A program made the position numbers and the translations under genes. A DNA stretch of 64,000 nt from a virus: positions 1,296 through 65,295 of IMG/VR virus record IMGVR_UViG_2912445111_000002; one strand, written 5' to 3'. The notes beneath the pieces were generated by a model. The model was given only the letters and a program-made list of their open reading frames with translations. It had not been told where the DNA came from and did no database searches. Below are positions 52,889 through 62,562 of the stretch, piece after piece; the first letter of the stretch is position 1; each line of letters opens with the position of its first letter.

Positions 52889-54738
52889 TGGCAGCCGCTA
52901 CGCCTTTTGTCGTCACTATAACGGCCGTTGACAAGGCGACTGCCAATGTCCGCAAGATCAAGGCGTCATTCGCCAACCTCACGAAGCCGGCGCGCGACCT
53001 GAAATCATCCTTTTCTAGTTTCGGGAAGGAAGTCGGTCTCGATCGCGTAGCGAAGTCGATGAAGTCCGTCGGCACTGCAGCGGCGGACACCGCGCGCTCT
53101 GTGGCGTCGCTCATCACCCCCCTTACGGCCATTGCAGGTATAGGCTCCATCGCCGGCATTGCCCTGCTCGCCAACGAGTGGGGAAAGATGGGCGCCGAGG
53201 TGGAGCGCACGTCTGGCGTGCTGGGCGTGTCGACTGACGATTTGCAGGCGTTTCGCGGCGCGGCGAAGCTCGCCGGCCTGTCTGCAGAGGATATGACAGG
53301 CAGCCTCAGGTCTTTGGGGCGGACTATCGAAGACGCAACCTTCGGCCGCAATCAGGACGCGCTCGTGATGATGCATAAGTTCGGCATCTCACTCCATCGC
53401 ACGAAGGACGGCGCCGTCGATGCGACGCGCGCTCTGAAGGAGGTTGCGAACGCGATCGTCGCACAGAAGGGGAATGTGCAGGCTCAGTCGCTTATCGCTG
53501 GTGCGTTTGGCGTCGAGTCGCTTCTTCCTTTGTTGCAAAAAGGCGGGGGCGGAATCGATGCTTTCGTGAAGCAGGCGAAGGAATTGGGGCTCGTCTTCGA
53601 TGAGCAAACCCTATCCAAGGGGCAGAAGTTCAATGCCAACATGCTTCGGCTCGAGGCGTCTGCAACGCGCCTCAAGTACAAGTTTGGCGACACTCTCGCG
53701 CCGGCGGTAGAAAAGGTGCTCGACGTCGTCGGGCGTCTCGTCGACAAATATGGCGACATTGTCGCAAGCAAGGTATCAGAGTACGTTGAGCGATTCGCCA
53801 GGTGGATTGATGGCGTCGATTGGGACAAGACCGCAAAGGGTATCGGAGATTTCGTAGATGCCCTCGGTGGCGTGAAAGGGGTTGCCGCGGTGATTGCGGC
53901 GATCACATTTGCCGGTCCGATCGGTGGCGTCTTGAACCTTGTGGCGAGCCTTGTCACATTGACGACCATCACCATCCCGGCCGCGGTGGCCGCCCTCGGT
54001 ACGCTTGGTCTGGCCGGCATCGCTGCGTGGGGTGCATTAAAGGTTGCGAAGTTCGCCGGATTGCCCGACGTGGATGCCAACCAGGGCATCGAGGATGTGA
54101 AGAATGGCGACTGGCTTGCTGCGTCGATGCATCTGCCGGCTGGCGATTTCCTTCGGGCGCTTGCCGCACGCGCTGCGGGCACGTCGAATGTCGACATCGC
54201 TGCCTCACTCGGAGCTGGCGGCAATCCATCGGCGTCTGATAGTGGCGACAGGAAGATCCCGCTCGGCATTCGCAGCAATAACCCGCTGAACATCCTTAAC
54301 AACGGCAATGAGCGAACCTACGCGACGCCTGAGGAAGGCATTGCGGCGGCGACAGCGAATCTTCGGCGCCGGTATGGCGGCCTGACGCTCGCTCAGATTG
54401 CGGACAAATGGACGGGCGGCGCACGCACGGGCAATACGCCCGAGCAGATGGCTAACTACACCGGACTGTTGTCCAAAGGTACGGGGCTATCGGCTGATCA
54501 GGTTCCGAACCTGAACGACCGCGCCACGCTTGCCGGTTTGATCAAGTCGCAAATCCGCGCAGAAAACGGGGTGCAGCCTTACAGCGATTCGCAGATCGGA
54601 GCGGGCGTCGATAAGGGGCTTCAGGTCGACGTCCATCTTCACAACGCTCCGGCTGGCACGAAGGCAACCGCCACTGTACGCAGTGGGAAAGGCTCCGCGC
54701 GCGTCAGCACTTCCAACGTAACAGGACCGCCTGTATGA
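52888..54738 (+). CDS. Tape measure protein with C-terminal lysozyme-like domain
   Basis: ITAVDKAT N-terminus; Ala/Gly-rich; GIRSNNPLNI...YATPEEGI. Confidence 0.85.
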   Translation: MAAATPFVVTITAVDKATANVRKIKASFANLTKPARDLKSSFSSFGKEVGLDRVAKSMKSVGTAAADTARSVASLITPLTAIAGIGSIAGIALLANEWGKMGAEVERTSGVLGVSTDDLQAFRGAAKLAGLSAEDMTGSLRSLGRTIEDATFGRNQDALVMMHKFGISLHRTKDGAVDATRALKEVANAIVAQKGNVQAQSLIAGAFGVESLLPLLQKGGGGIDAFVKQAKELGLVFDEQTLSKGQKFNANMLRLEASATRLKYKFGDTLAPAVEKVLDVVGRLVDKYGDIVASKVSEYVERFARWIDGVDWDKTAKGIGDFVDALGGVKGVAAVIAAITFAGPIGGVLNLVASLVTLTTITIPAAVAALGTLGLAGIAAWGALKVAKFAGLPDVDANQGIEDVKNGDWLAASMHLPAGDFLRALAARAAGTSNVDIAASLGAGGNPSASDSGDRKIPLGIRSNNPLNILNNGNERTYATPEEGIAAATANLRRRYGGLTLAQIADKWTGGARTGNTPEQMANYTGLLSKGTGLSADQVPNLNDRATLAGLIKSQIRAENGVQPYSDSQIGAGVDKGLQVDVHLHNAPAGTKATATVRSGKGSARVSTSNVTGPPV

Positions 54739-56192
54739 GTTCAACAGATTTTGTCAATGCCATTGGTAGCATCGGTGGCGTTGCGCAGGCGGCCAGCGAT
54801 GTTGCAAGCGTCTTCGCTAACGGAAGCGACTACTGGCGCCGGATGCGCACGGCAAGCTATGGCGGCGTACCGTTTGCCGTGCTGGATGAGCGCGGCACGT
54901 TTGGTCGGCGAAACGTTATCCATGAGTATCCGAACAAAGAAACGATGCCGTGGATCGAAGATCTGGGGATATCGACGAACATATTTCGGGTCGAAGGCTT
55001 TCTGGTCGAAAACAGCCTCGTTTATGGTGGCGGCTCAGTCATCGATCAGCGTCAGCGTCTGCTTGAAGTAATTCAGGGTGGCAAGAACGGCAACACCAAG
55101 GCGCCGGGGCTCGGAACTCTCGTTCACCCGACATGGGGGACGATAAAGGTCAATTGCCTGACCGTAGAATTCGGCACTTCATGGGACCGCGGCCGCGTCA
55201 TTGAGGTGCGGCTTGTCTTTGCGAGGGGCGGCGACCGGCTTTATCCAAAGGCGCAGCAACCGACCATCACTGCGGTCATAGGCGCTGCGTCTGGACTTAA
55301 TCTCGCCTCTCTGGCGAGCTTCGCGACGCGCATTGCCACTGCCATCAAGGCGGGTGCCGCAGTAATCCAATCTGCGGTCTCGACGGTCGTCGGCTGGTAT
55401 CAGACCGTTACCACTCTGGTTCACGATGTCAAGCGTTTCTGGAATTCGATTTCGACGCTGGCCGGAAATTTCGGGCGTCTCTTTGGCGGCGGAAATACCG
55501 GCTATGTGGGCGCAAACCAGAAAGCGTCCAGCGCTGCGACTGTCACAAGCCTGATCTCGGCTGATACGGCGAATCGCGCAGCAGTGGCGACGGCCGGAAG
55601 TGCGCTCACTGCGGCTGCGTCCAATGTGGGCGCCGACCAAACGACATTCGCGAATTCGGCGCAAGGAGTCGTTACGGCTCTAGCTGCGTCCGCAGCGTCG
55701 CCGGCAGACGCTATCCGGCTGCTGTCGAGCCTCATGGCGTTCGCGCCTTCGCCGGTTGTCGGAACGTCGCAGGTTGCGCTCGCCCAGAAAACGATGCAAA
55801 ACGCGTGCGGTGATTTGCTGCGCCGAGCGACAGTCGCTCAGATTGCCGTAGCAGCAACGACATATCAGCCGACGTCGGCAGATAATGCATCGACGATGCG
55901 CGACAGCATCACGGCGCTGATCGATAATGAGATCACGACGGCGGCAAATCAGGGTGAAGACGATGTTTATATGTCGCTCAAGACTTTGCGACAGTCGGTC
56001 GTCGCCGACCTTGATGCGCGCGGCTCTGGACTAGCGGCAATCGCGACGTTCAGTTTCGGCAATACACTGCCGGCGCTCACGCTTGCGAACCGGCTATACC
56101 GTGACGCGACGCGCTCGGATGAACTGGTGGCGCAGGCTAATCCAGTACATCCGGCCTTCATGCAAACATCGTTCAAGGCTTTGTCGCGGTAG
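54735..56192 (+). CDS. DNA circularization protein (Mu gpN-like)
   Basis: ASYGGVPF...GRR...HEYP...EDLG; LVHPTWG; PALTLANRLYRD...NPVHPAF. Confidence 0.88.
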   Translation: MSSTDFVNAIGSIGGVAQAASDVASVFANGSDYWRRMRTASYGGVPFAVLDERGTFGRRNVIHEYPNKETMPWIEDLGISTNIFRVEGFLVENSLVYGGGSVIDQRQRLLEVIQGGKNGNTKAPGLGTLVHPTWGTIKVNCLTVEFGTSWDRGRVIEVRLVFARGGDRLYPKAQQPTITAVIGAASGLNLASLASFATRIATAIKAGAAVIQSAVSTVVGWYQTVTTLVHDVKRFWNSISTLAGNFGRLFGGGNTGYVGANQKASSAATVTSLISADTANRAAVATAGSALTAAASNVGADQTTFANSAQGVVTALAASAASPADAIRLLSSLMAFAPSPVVGTSQVALAQKTMQNACGDLLRRATVAQIAVAATTYQPTSADNASTMRDSITALIDNEITTAANQGEDDVYMSLKTLRQSVVADLDARGSGLAAIATFSFGNTLPALTLANRLYRDATRSDELVAQANPVHPAFMQTSFKALSR

Positions 56193-56194
56193 CG

Positions 56195-56590
56195 TCAGTT
56201 GCCTTGCGGCTTCCATTTGATCTGGTCGGTGTATGAGTCGTAGTAGGTCGTTCCATACCAAACGCTCAGGGGTTTGCCAGTTTCGCCTTTCAGGCCTCGG
56301 CGCACGACATTGACCGACACAAAGATGTGGTCTTCGGTGGGTAGCACCTTTTCCTTCATCAGTTCGCGAAGAACCGCCCTAATCACAATCGCGGAATTAC
56401 CCTCTGCCTGAGCCATCGACTCGGGATCGGCCTTGTAATACAGGGTGTAGCTGTAAGAGCCATTGGATGCGTCGCCTGCCTCAATGGCCTCCCAGTTGGC
56501 CTGCTTGGTGACGTGAACGGATGGGGCTTTGGCCGCGATAGCAGAAAGCGACGCAAAGCAGATGGCAATTGCTGCAACGATTTTCTTCAT
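56195..56590 (-). CDS. Secreted moron protein
   Basis: MKKIVAAIAICFASLSAIA signal peptide; antisense within the tail operon; GAGGGG RBS. Confidence 0.75.
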   Translation of the reverse strand: MKKIVAAIAICFASLSAIAAKAPSVHVTKQANWEAIEAGDASNGSYSYTLYYKADPESMAQAEGNSAIVIRAVLRELMKEKVLPTEDHIFVSVNVVRRGLKGETGKPLSVWYGTTYYDSYTDQIKWKPQGN

Positions 56591-56613
56591 CTTTCCCCTC
56601 TTAGGTTTGGCGC

Positions 56614-57705
56614 ATGGTAGACGACGGAATTCTTCTGTCCATCGGGGATTATATGCTCTCGGGATGGACCAGCCTGCGCTGCACTCGAGGCATTGAGCGA
56701 TTTCCGAGCGACTTCGAAATCGGTATGACCGAACTGTTTCCCGGTCAGGCCAATGACGTTGTCGTCCAGCCAGGCGACGAATGCATTCTGACGATCGGCC
56801 TTGATCCGGTTGTGACCGGATACGTCGATCGCGTCGTGCCAAGCATGGACGCGAATATGCACGAAATCCGTGTGACGGGGCGCGGGAGGTGTCAGGATCT
56901 GCTCGATTGCGCCGCTCAGTGGCCGAATGGGCAGATTAGCAATTGCACGGCGCTCGACATCGCGACAAAGCTGGCCGTGCCGTACAACATCGCGGTCAAT
57001 TGCGACGTCGATAAATTGCCGATCATCCCGCAGCAAAACATCATGCTGGGCGAGACGGCGTACGAGATCATCGAGCGGTCGTCACGATTCAGCGCCCTCC
57101 TCGTCTATGAAAACGCCGACGGCACGTTACAGCTTACGCGCGCCGGCACTCAGGCGATGTCGAGTGGAGTGCAGGAAGGCATCAATATGGAAAGCGTGGC
57201 CGTCGAGCGATCGATGGATCAGCGTTATTCCGAGATCATGGCGGTGATGATCGGGACGAACAACCTGCTCGATCTGAATGCCATCAACGCCCCCGTCTTC
57301 ACGGCAACCGACCCGAACGTCAACCGGCACCGCCGACGAATCATCATCGCCGAGGCTGGCGAACTTGGCTGGGACATCGGCAAGCAACGCGCGTTGTGGG
57401 AAGTCGCGCGGCGCCGCGGGCGCTCCGAAGTCATCCATCTGACGGTCGACAACTGGCGCGACGTTGACGGCAACCTCTGGGAGCCGAACAAGTTGATTGA
57501 CGTCCTGATTCCCTCGATGAAGGTATCGGGCGATCAGGGTGGCACAGTGCCGGTGCGGTATCTGATCACGGAAGTCACGTATCACCTCGATCTTGAGGGG
57601 ACGCACGCCGAGCTCACGCTCATGGCACCCGAAGCATTCGTGCCGCAACCGATCCTTATCCAGCCGCAATATGGCGACATAATCGGAACAGTCCCACAGC
57701 AATGA
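56614..57705 (+). CDS. Baseplate hub (Mu gp44/gpP-like)
   Basis: GWTS...TGYVD...GR..DLLDCAA. Confidence 0.85.
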   Translation: MVDDGILLSIGDYMLSGWTSLRCTRGIERFPSDFEIGMTELFPGQANDVVVQPGDECILTIGLDPVVTGYVDRVVPSMDANMHEIRVTGRGRCQDLLDCAAQWPNGQISNCTALDIATKLAVPYNIAVNCDVDKLPIIPQQNIMLGETAYEIIERSSRFSALLVYENADGTLQLTRAGTQAMSSGVQEGINMESVAVERSMDQRYSEIMAVMIGTNNLLDLNAINAPVFTATDPNVNRHRRRIIIAEAGELGWDIGKQRALWEVARRRGRSEVIHLTVDNWRDVDGNLWEPNKLIDVLIPSMKVSGDQGGTVPVRYLITEVTYHLDLEGTHAELTLMAPEAFVPQPILIQPQYGDIIGTVPQQ

Positions 57706-58301
57706 GCGATCAACACGGAATTCTCGAGCGCGTCGCACGGCGCGTTCTGCTTTCGCTCGCCCGCGCCCTGGTGACGACGGTCAACGATTCTGGCGGCGTC
57801 CAGATGATGCAGGTGAAGTTGAACGCACTCGAGACGCGAGACAACACGCCGCGGCCAGTTGAGTTTGGGCTGACATCGAATCCGCCGGTCGGTTCCGACG
57901 CGTTTGTTGTATTCCTCGGTGGTGACCGGTCGAACGGCGTCGTGCTGGGTACCGTCCACCAGCCTTCGCGGCCGACAGGGCTGCAGCCTGGCGAGACGAT
58001 GATCTACACGCAGGACGGAAAGCAGATCTATCTGACGGCGTCGGGCGGCATCAAGGTAAAGGCAAACAATCAGCCTGTCGAGGTCGACAACGCGACGATC
58101 GTCACGATCAACGCATCGACAAAGATCAGGGCCGTCACGCCTCGATTCGAATGCACGGGCGATATCGTCGATAACTGCGATACGACGGGCCGCAGCATGG
58201 CATCCGAGCGGGTCATTTTCAACGGCCACAACCATGACGTACATAACGTTCAGGGCGGTGGCAGCACCATCACCTCCAACTCGCCGAACCAGACCGAATG
58301 A
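57702..58301 (+). CDS. Baseplate spike (Mu gp45-like)
   Basis: FGLTSNPP...GGDRS; C-terminal HNH metal motif. Confidence 0.85.
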   Translation: MSDQHGILERVARRVLLSLARALVTTVNDSGGVQMMQVKLNALETRDNTPRPVEFGLTSNPPVGSDAFVVFLGGDRSNGVVLGTVHQPSRPTGLQPGETMIYTQDGKQIYLTASGGIKVKANNQPVEVDNATIVTINASTKIRAVTPRFECTGDIVDNCDTTGRSMASERVIFNGHNHDVHNVQGGGSTITSNSPNQTE

Positions 58302-58744
58302 CCGATACGACAACCATCTGGGATACGGCGAATTCGCGCGGCGACTGGAGTATGTCCGGTGCGCTGCTGACGACCGGCAACGATCTAGAAACCGCCGTCC
58401 TGATCAGCCTTTTCACCGACAGAATCGCCGAGCCCGATGACATGATTCCCGACGGTTCGAACGATCCCCGCGGCTGGTGGGGCGACGAATTCAGCACCGT
58501 CAAGATCGGCTCGCGGCTCTGGCTGCTACAGCGAGCGAAACAGACTCAGGAAACGTTGCAACGTGCCTATGACTACATCGTCGAGGCGCTGCAATGGATG
58601 ATCGACGACGGAGTGGCGGCTAAATTCGATGTCTACGTTGAGTGGACGGCAGCGAGCGAACTTGGCGCACAGATCATTGCGTACAAACAGGATGGCTCGA
58701 CGGTGGCGAACGCCTATACGTGGGCTTGGCAGGGGGTTAGCTAA
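58298..58744 (+). CDS. Baseplate protein Mu gp46-like
   Basis: LETAVLISLFTDR...RGWWGD...GSRLWLL. Confidence 0.9.
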   Translation: MTDTTTIWDTANSRGDWSMSGALLTTGNDLETAVLISLFTDRIAEPDDMIPDGSNDPRGWWGDEFSTVKIGSRLWLLQRAKQTQETLQRAYDYIVEALQWMIDDGVAAKFDVYVEWTAASELGAQIIAYKQDGSTVANAYTWAWQGVS

Positions 58745-59865
58745 TGCCGTGGTCTAGGCCTCTATTGACCGATTTGCAAACACAAGTCGCGTCGGACATC
58801 GCCTCCAGCGTGCCGAGTTCCGATCCGCTGTTGCGCGTCGCGAACCTGAAAATCACTGGTAATGTGCAGGCCGGGCTTGCGCACCTCCATTACGGCTATC
58901 TCGACTGGATCGCTCAACAGGCCGTCCCATGGACGGCAACCGATGAATATCTCGAGGCATGGGGGGCACTGAAGAACGTCTATCGCAAACAGGCGACGGC
59001 GGCGACCGGGAGCATCGCATTTCCCGGTTCGGCGGGCACCATTAACGCAGGCACGACGATCGTGCGCGGCGATGGCGTTACCTATACGGTCAATGCCAGC
59101 GCAACCGTGTCGGGTTCGTCGGTGACTGTCGCGGTTACGGCGACAGCGGCGGGATCGGCCGGCAATTGTGCCTCGGGCACTGCCATGACGCTCGGCACCG
59201 CTATTACTGGCATCCAGTCAGGCGGAGCCGCAACTGCGGCCTTCACTGGCGGTGCAGACGTCGAGAACGATACGGAGTTCGGTGCGCGTGTGATGGCCGC
59301 ATTCCAGGCTTCGCCGCAAGGCGGCGCGAAGGGCGACTACCAAACATGGGCGCTCGCTGTTCCCGGCGTGACGCGCGCATGGATTGCGCCGAATGGCTTC
59401 GGAACCGGTACGGTCGTCGTCTATTTCATGATGGACAACTCGGAGTCTGCTTTCAACGGATTCCCGCAGGGCACGAATGGCGTTTCGCAATTCGACCAAG
59501 GCCCGGGCGGAGCGCCGCGCGGCGTGGTCGCGACCGGCGATCAACTGTTGTTGGCCAACATGATCATCACGCAGCAACCGGTTACAGCGCTCGTCTATGC
59601 GTGCGCACCGATTGCGAACACGATCAATTTCACGATCAAAGGCCTGACCTCCTCGAGTACGACGATGCGCAACGCGATTGCCGCAGCAATTTCCGGCGTA
59701 TTTTTGGCAAACGGCGCGCCGGGCGGAACGATCAACCTGTCGGCCATCGAATCCGCCATTTCTGCCGTTCCAAACACTGCAGGATTCGTCATTACGTCGC
59801 CGACGGGGAACATCACGAGTGCGACGGGCTACCTGCCCGTACTAGGCACCGTCAACTATGTCTGA
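58744..59865 (+). CDS. Baseplate J/gp47 protein
   Basis: GGADVE...GGAKGDYQTWA...VPGVTRAW...GTGTV. Confidence 0.9.
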   Translation: MPWSRPLLTDLQTQVASDIASSVPSSDPLLRVANLKITGNVQAGLAHLHYGYLDWIAQQAVPWTATDEYLEAWGALKNVYRKQATAATGSIAFPGSAGTINAGTTIVRGDGVTYTVNASATVSGSSVTVAVTATAAGSAGNCASGTAMTLGTAITGIQSGGAATAAFTGGADVENDTEFGARVMAAFQASPQGGAKGDYQTWALAVPGVTRAWIAPNGFGTGTVVVYFMMDNSESAFNGFPQGTNGVSQFDQGPGGAPRGVVATGDQLLLANMIITQQPVTALVYACAPIANTINFTIKGLTSSSTTMRNAIAAAISGVFLANGAPGGTINLSAIESAISAVPNTAGFVITSPTGNITSATGYLPVLGTVNYV

Positions 59866-59873
59866 GGTGAGTA

Positions 59874-60521
59874 ATGCTTGCGCCAAATCTCACCTCCGCA
59901 GATTATCTGCGCGCATTTCAGGCTTTGATGCCGCGCGGGCGCGTATGGCCTCGCGATCCGGATGCCATTCAAACGCGGGTCTTCACCGGCCTAACGCAGA
60001 TCTACGGTAGGCAGACCGAGCGATCAAACTATCTGCTTGTCGACTCATTTCCAGCGACGACATACGAACTTCTTCCGGAATGGGAGGCGACGCTCGGACT
60101 TCCCGATCCATGTGCCGGAGAGGCGCCGACTGTGCAGCAGCGGCGAGCGCAAATCGTTGCTCGATTGGCCAATACAGGCGGCCAGTCTGCGGCGTACTAC
60201 ATCGGATTCGCGGCTCAGCTCGGCTACGGAATCACGATAACGAACTTCGCGCCGTTTCGTTGTGGGCAAAGCACATGTGGCCAGCAACTCGGCAACACCG
60301 ACTGGTTTTTCGCTTGGCAGGTCAATGCGCCGGCTGCAACCGTTGTCCGTTTCGCCGCAGGGCAATCTACAGCCGGAGAAGCTTTGGGCTCATGGAATAA
60401 CACAGTTCTTGAATGCGAAATCAGGGCGGTCGTACCGGCGCATACCATTGTGCACTTCGCATACGGTCAGACCGGACTTCTTGATTACACGTTCACCCTT
60501 GACACGTCTTCTCTCGCATAA
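59874..60521 (+). CDS. Baseplate wedge Mu gp48-like (DUF2313)
   Basis: LMPRGRVW...LLPEWEATLGLPD...PAHT. Confidence 0.88.
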   Translation: MLAPNLTSADYLRAFQALMPRGRVWPRDPDAIQTRVFTGLTQIYGRQTERSNYLLVDSFPATTYELLPEWEATLGLPDPCAGEAPTVQQRRAQIVARLANTGGQSAAYYIGFAAQLGYGITITNFAPFRCGQSTCGQQLGNTDWFFAWQVNAPAATVVRFAAGQSTAGEALGSWNNTVLECEIRAVVPAHTIVHFAYGQTGLLDYTFTLDTSSLA

Positions 60522-60535
60522 AAACTAGGGCACCC

Positions 60536-61507
60536 ATGTATCAAATTGACAATGCATCCGCAGCGACGTCTCAGCCGGCGTCTACCGCTGCCGGCACGGC
60601 TGGATTTTTCACCGACGGCAATCCGGCGACCGCTACGCCTGCGACGATCGTGCCCGCTGAGTGGCTAAACTCCGTGATGATGGAGCTCATCAACGTTGTG
60701 AATGCGGGCGGCGTTACGCCAACCAAGAATCAGTTCAACAACGTTCTGACGGCTCTAAAGAATAGCTTCTCGCCTGTTGTCGGATCCGCGCGAAACCTTG
60801 TCATGGGCGTAGGCACAGCCTCGGCTACCGCGACCCTGACCGCTGACGAGATCATTGTCGAGACCGCGCTCGGCGGCCAGACATATCGCCTCGCGAACTT
60901 CAACAAAACCATCAACCTCGCCACCACCGGTGCGGGTGGCATGGATACCGGTTCTGCGCCGACGAGCGGCTACGTCGCGCTTTACGCGATCTACAACCCG
61001 ACGACTGCCACTGCTGCGTTGCTGGCAAAGAACGCCACGAGCGCTGTTCAGCCGAATGTCTATGGCGGTGCAAACATGCCGGCCGGCTACACGGCATCGG
61101 CGCTGGTGAGCGTGTGGCCGACGAATGGGACTGGTCAGTTGGTGGTTGGGTATCAGGCTGATCGGAGGATCCAGATTATTTCGACTGCAATTCTCTCGAC
61201 CTCGACGACTCAGGCGTCGGTCACAGCGCTGTCAATTTCCTCGGTCGTGCCGCCAAACGCCCGCACTATCTCGGGCACGATGTCTGTGTCAAGCACGTCC
61301 TCGACCCCAAATACGTCGCTGAGCTTCTTTGCGAATTCAGCGCAAGTTGGCCTACAGGGCATTAACAACAGCGTTGGCGCTGCCGGCGGCTCTTCGAGCA
61401 ACTTTATTCGACTGCCTCTTGTGGTGGCGCAGACGACGTATTACACGGCAACATCTTCGGCAGGCGCGCCGACGTTCAACGCAACGATCACTGGCTACGA
61501 GATATAA
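60536..61507 (+). CDS. Tail fibre protein
   Basis: GFFTDGNP...AEWLN...EL N-terminus of Mu gp49 type. Confidence 0.8.
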   Translation: MYQIDNASAATSQPASTAAGTAGFFTDGNPATATPATIVPAEWLNSVMMELINVVNAGGVTPTKNQFNNVLTALKNSFSPVVGSARNLVMGVGTASATATLTADEIIVETALGGQTYRLANFNKTINLATTGAGGMDTGSAPTSGYVALYAIYNPTTATAALLAKNATSAVQPNVYGGANMPAGYTASALVSVWPTNGTGQLVVGYQADRRIQIISTAILSTSTTQASVTALSISSVVPPNARTISGTMSVSSTSSTPNTSLSFFANSAQVGLQGINNSVGAAGGSSSNFIRLPLVVAQTTYYTATSSAGAPTFNATITGYEI

Positions 61508-61516
61508 GGAGCAGTC

Positions 61517-61702
61517 ATGAGCACGATCAGCGTGCAATTCGCCGACTCGACTCAAGCCGCCGTAGTCAGCTACTTCTCGGGGCCGCAGAACGCGACGACG
61601 TTTCCCTATCAAGGGCAGATCGATACGCACGACGCGCGTTATTCAACGTTCTTCGCATCGATACCGGTAGCTCTGCGGACCGGAATGCCGATTCCTACTT
61701 GA
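61517..61702 (+). CDS. Small tail-fibre-associated protein
   Basis: AAGGAG RBS; follows the fibre gene. Confidence 0.6.
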   Translation: MSTISVQFADSTQAAVVSYFSGPQNATTFPYQGQIDTHDARYSTFFASIPVALRTGMPIPT

Positions 61703-62426
61703 GCATCGCGGCCACGATAGGCGCGACCACCCGGCTCTCCCGATCCGCGATGATCTTGTACAGGTCGGCATCCGGATGGATGCAATCCGGTTCCATCGTC
61801 CGCCAGTTCGGAAGCGTCTTGATGTAGGCATAGTTCAGCACGATCGGCACGTTGAGCGACTGGGCGACCGACTCCATGATCAGGATGTATTGATCCAACA
61901 GTGCGGCCTTCGCTGCATCATGACAGACCGGCGCAGGCTCCTCGAGGACGACGGCCCTCCCGGCCGCGCGTGCGATCCCGATAAGTTGCTCAAGCGCGAA
62001 CTTGTAGTCCGCTGGCGTCTCGTGTCCGAGTCCGGAATCATTGATCGCATGATTGATAGTCACGATCTGCGCGCGTGACTGCGCCATTTGTTGCGCCCAT
62101 GGCAGATGAGCGCCATCCGTTCCATAAAGCAGCATCGCGGCACTTGTGCTGGAAACGCCCTGATTCGAGACGGTCACGGCCGCTCCGAACTGCGCCTGCA
62201 AGGAAGTGTTCAGGTAGTACGGGGCATTGTACGGGTTCTGCGTCCAGCCGGCCGATTGCGAAAACGTCACGCCGTATTGCGTGCTATCGCCATAGGCCTC
62301 AATCAACACGGATTTCGGTTGAGTTTGTGGGGGCGGAGATAGGTTTGAGCCGCCATCTCCGCCCCCGCCACACGCTGATAATGAAACCGCAGTCACCACT
62401 GCGCAAACCAACGCTCCTCGTGACAT
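61695..62426 (-). CDS. SGNH/GDSL hydrolase lipoprotein (moron)
   Basis: Lipobox LSAC; YGDS, NQG, IND, DCIHP blocks. Confidence 0.88.
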   Translation of the reverse strand: MSRGALVCAVVTAVSLSACGGGGDGGSNLSPPPQTQPKSVLIEAYGDSTQYGVTFSQSAGWTQNPYNAPYYLNTSLQAQFGAAVTVSNQGVSSTSAAMLLYGTDGAHLPWAQQMAQSRAQIVTINHAINDSGLGHETPADYKFALEQLIGIARAAGRAVVLEEPAPVCHDAAKAALLDQYILIMESVAQSLNVPIVLNYAYIKTLPNWRTMEPDCIHPDADLYKIIADRESRVVAPIVAAMLK

Positions 62427-62562
62427 AACTTCCCCCGTCTTGATTTTGATGCTGGGAATGATACCTCGTTTCATAGCAACCCCTCTAAATGGCCCTCGGG
62501 CCGAAGAATCCGCCGATCGGCGGGATGATCAGCCGCCTCCGGGCGGCATTTCTATTTCTGCT

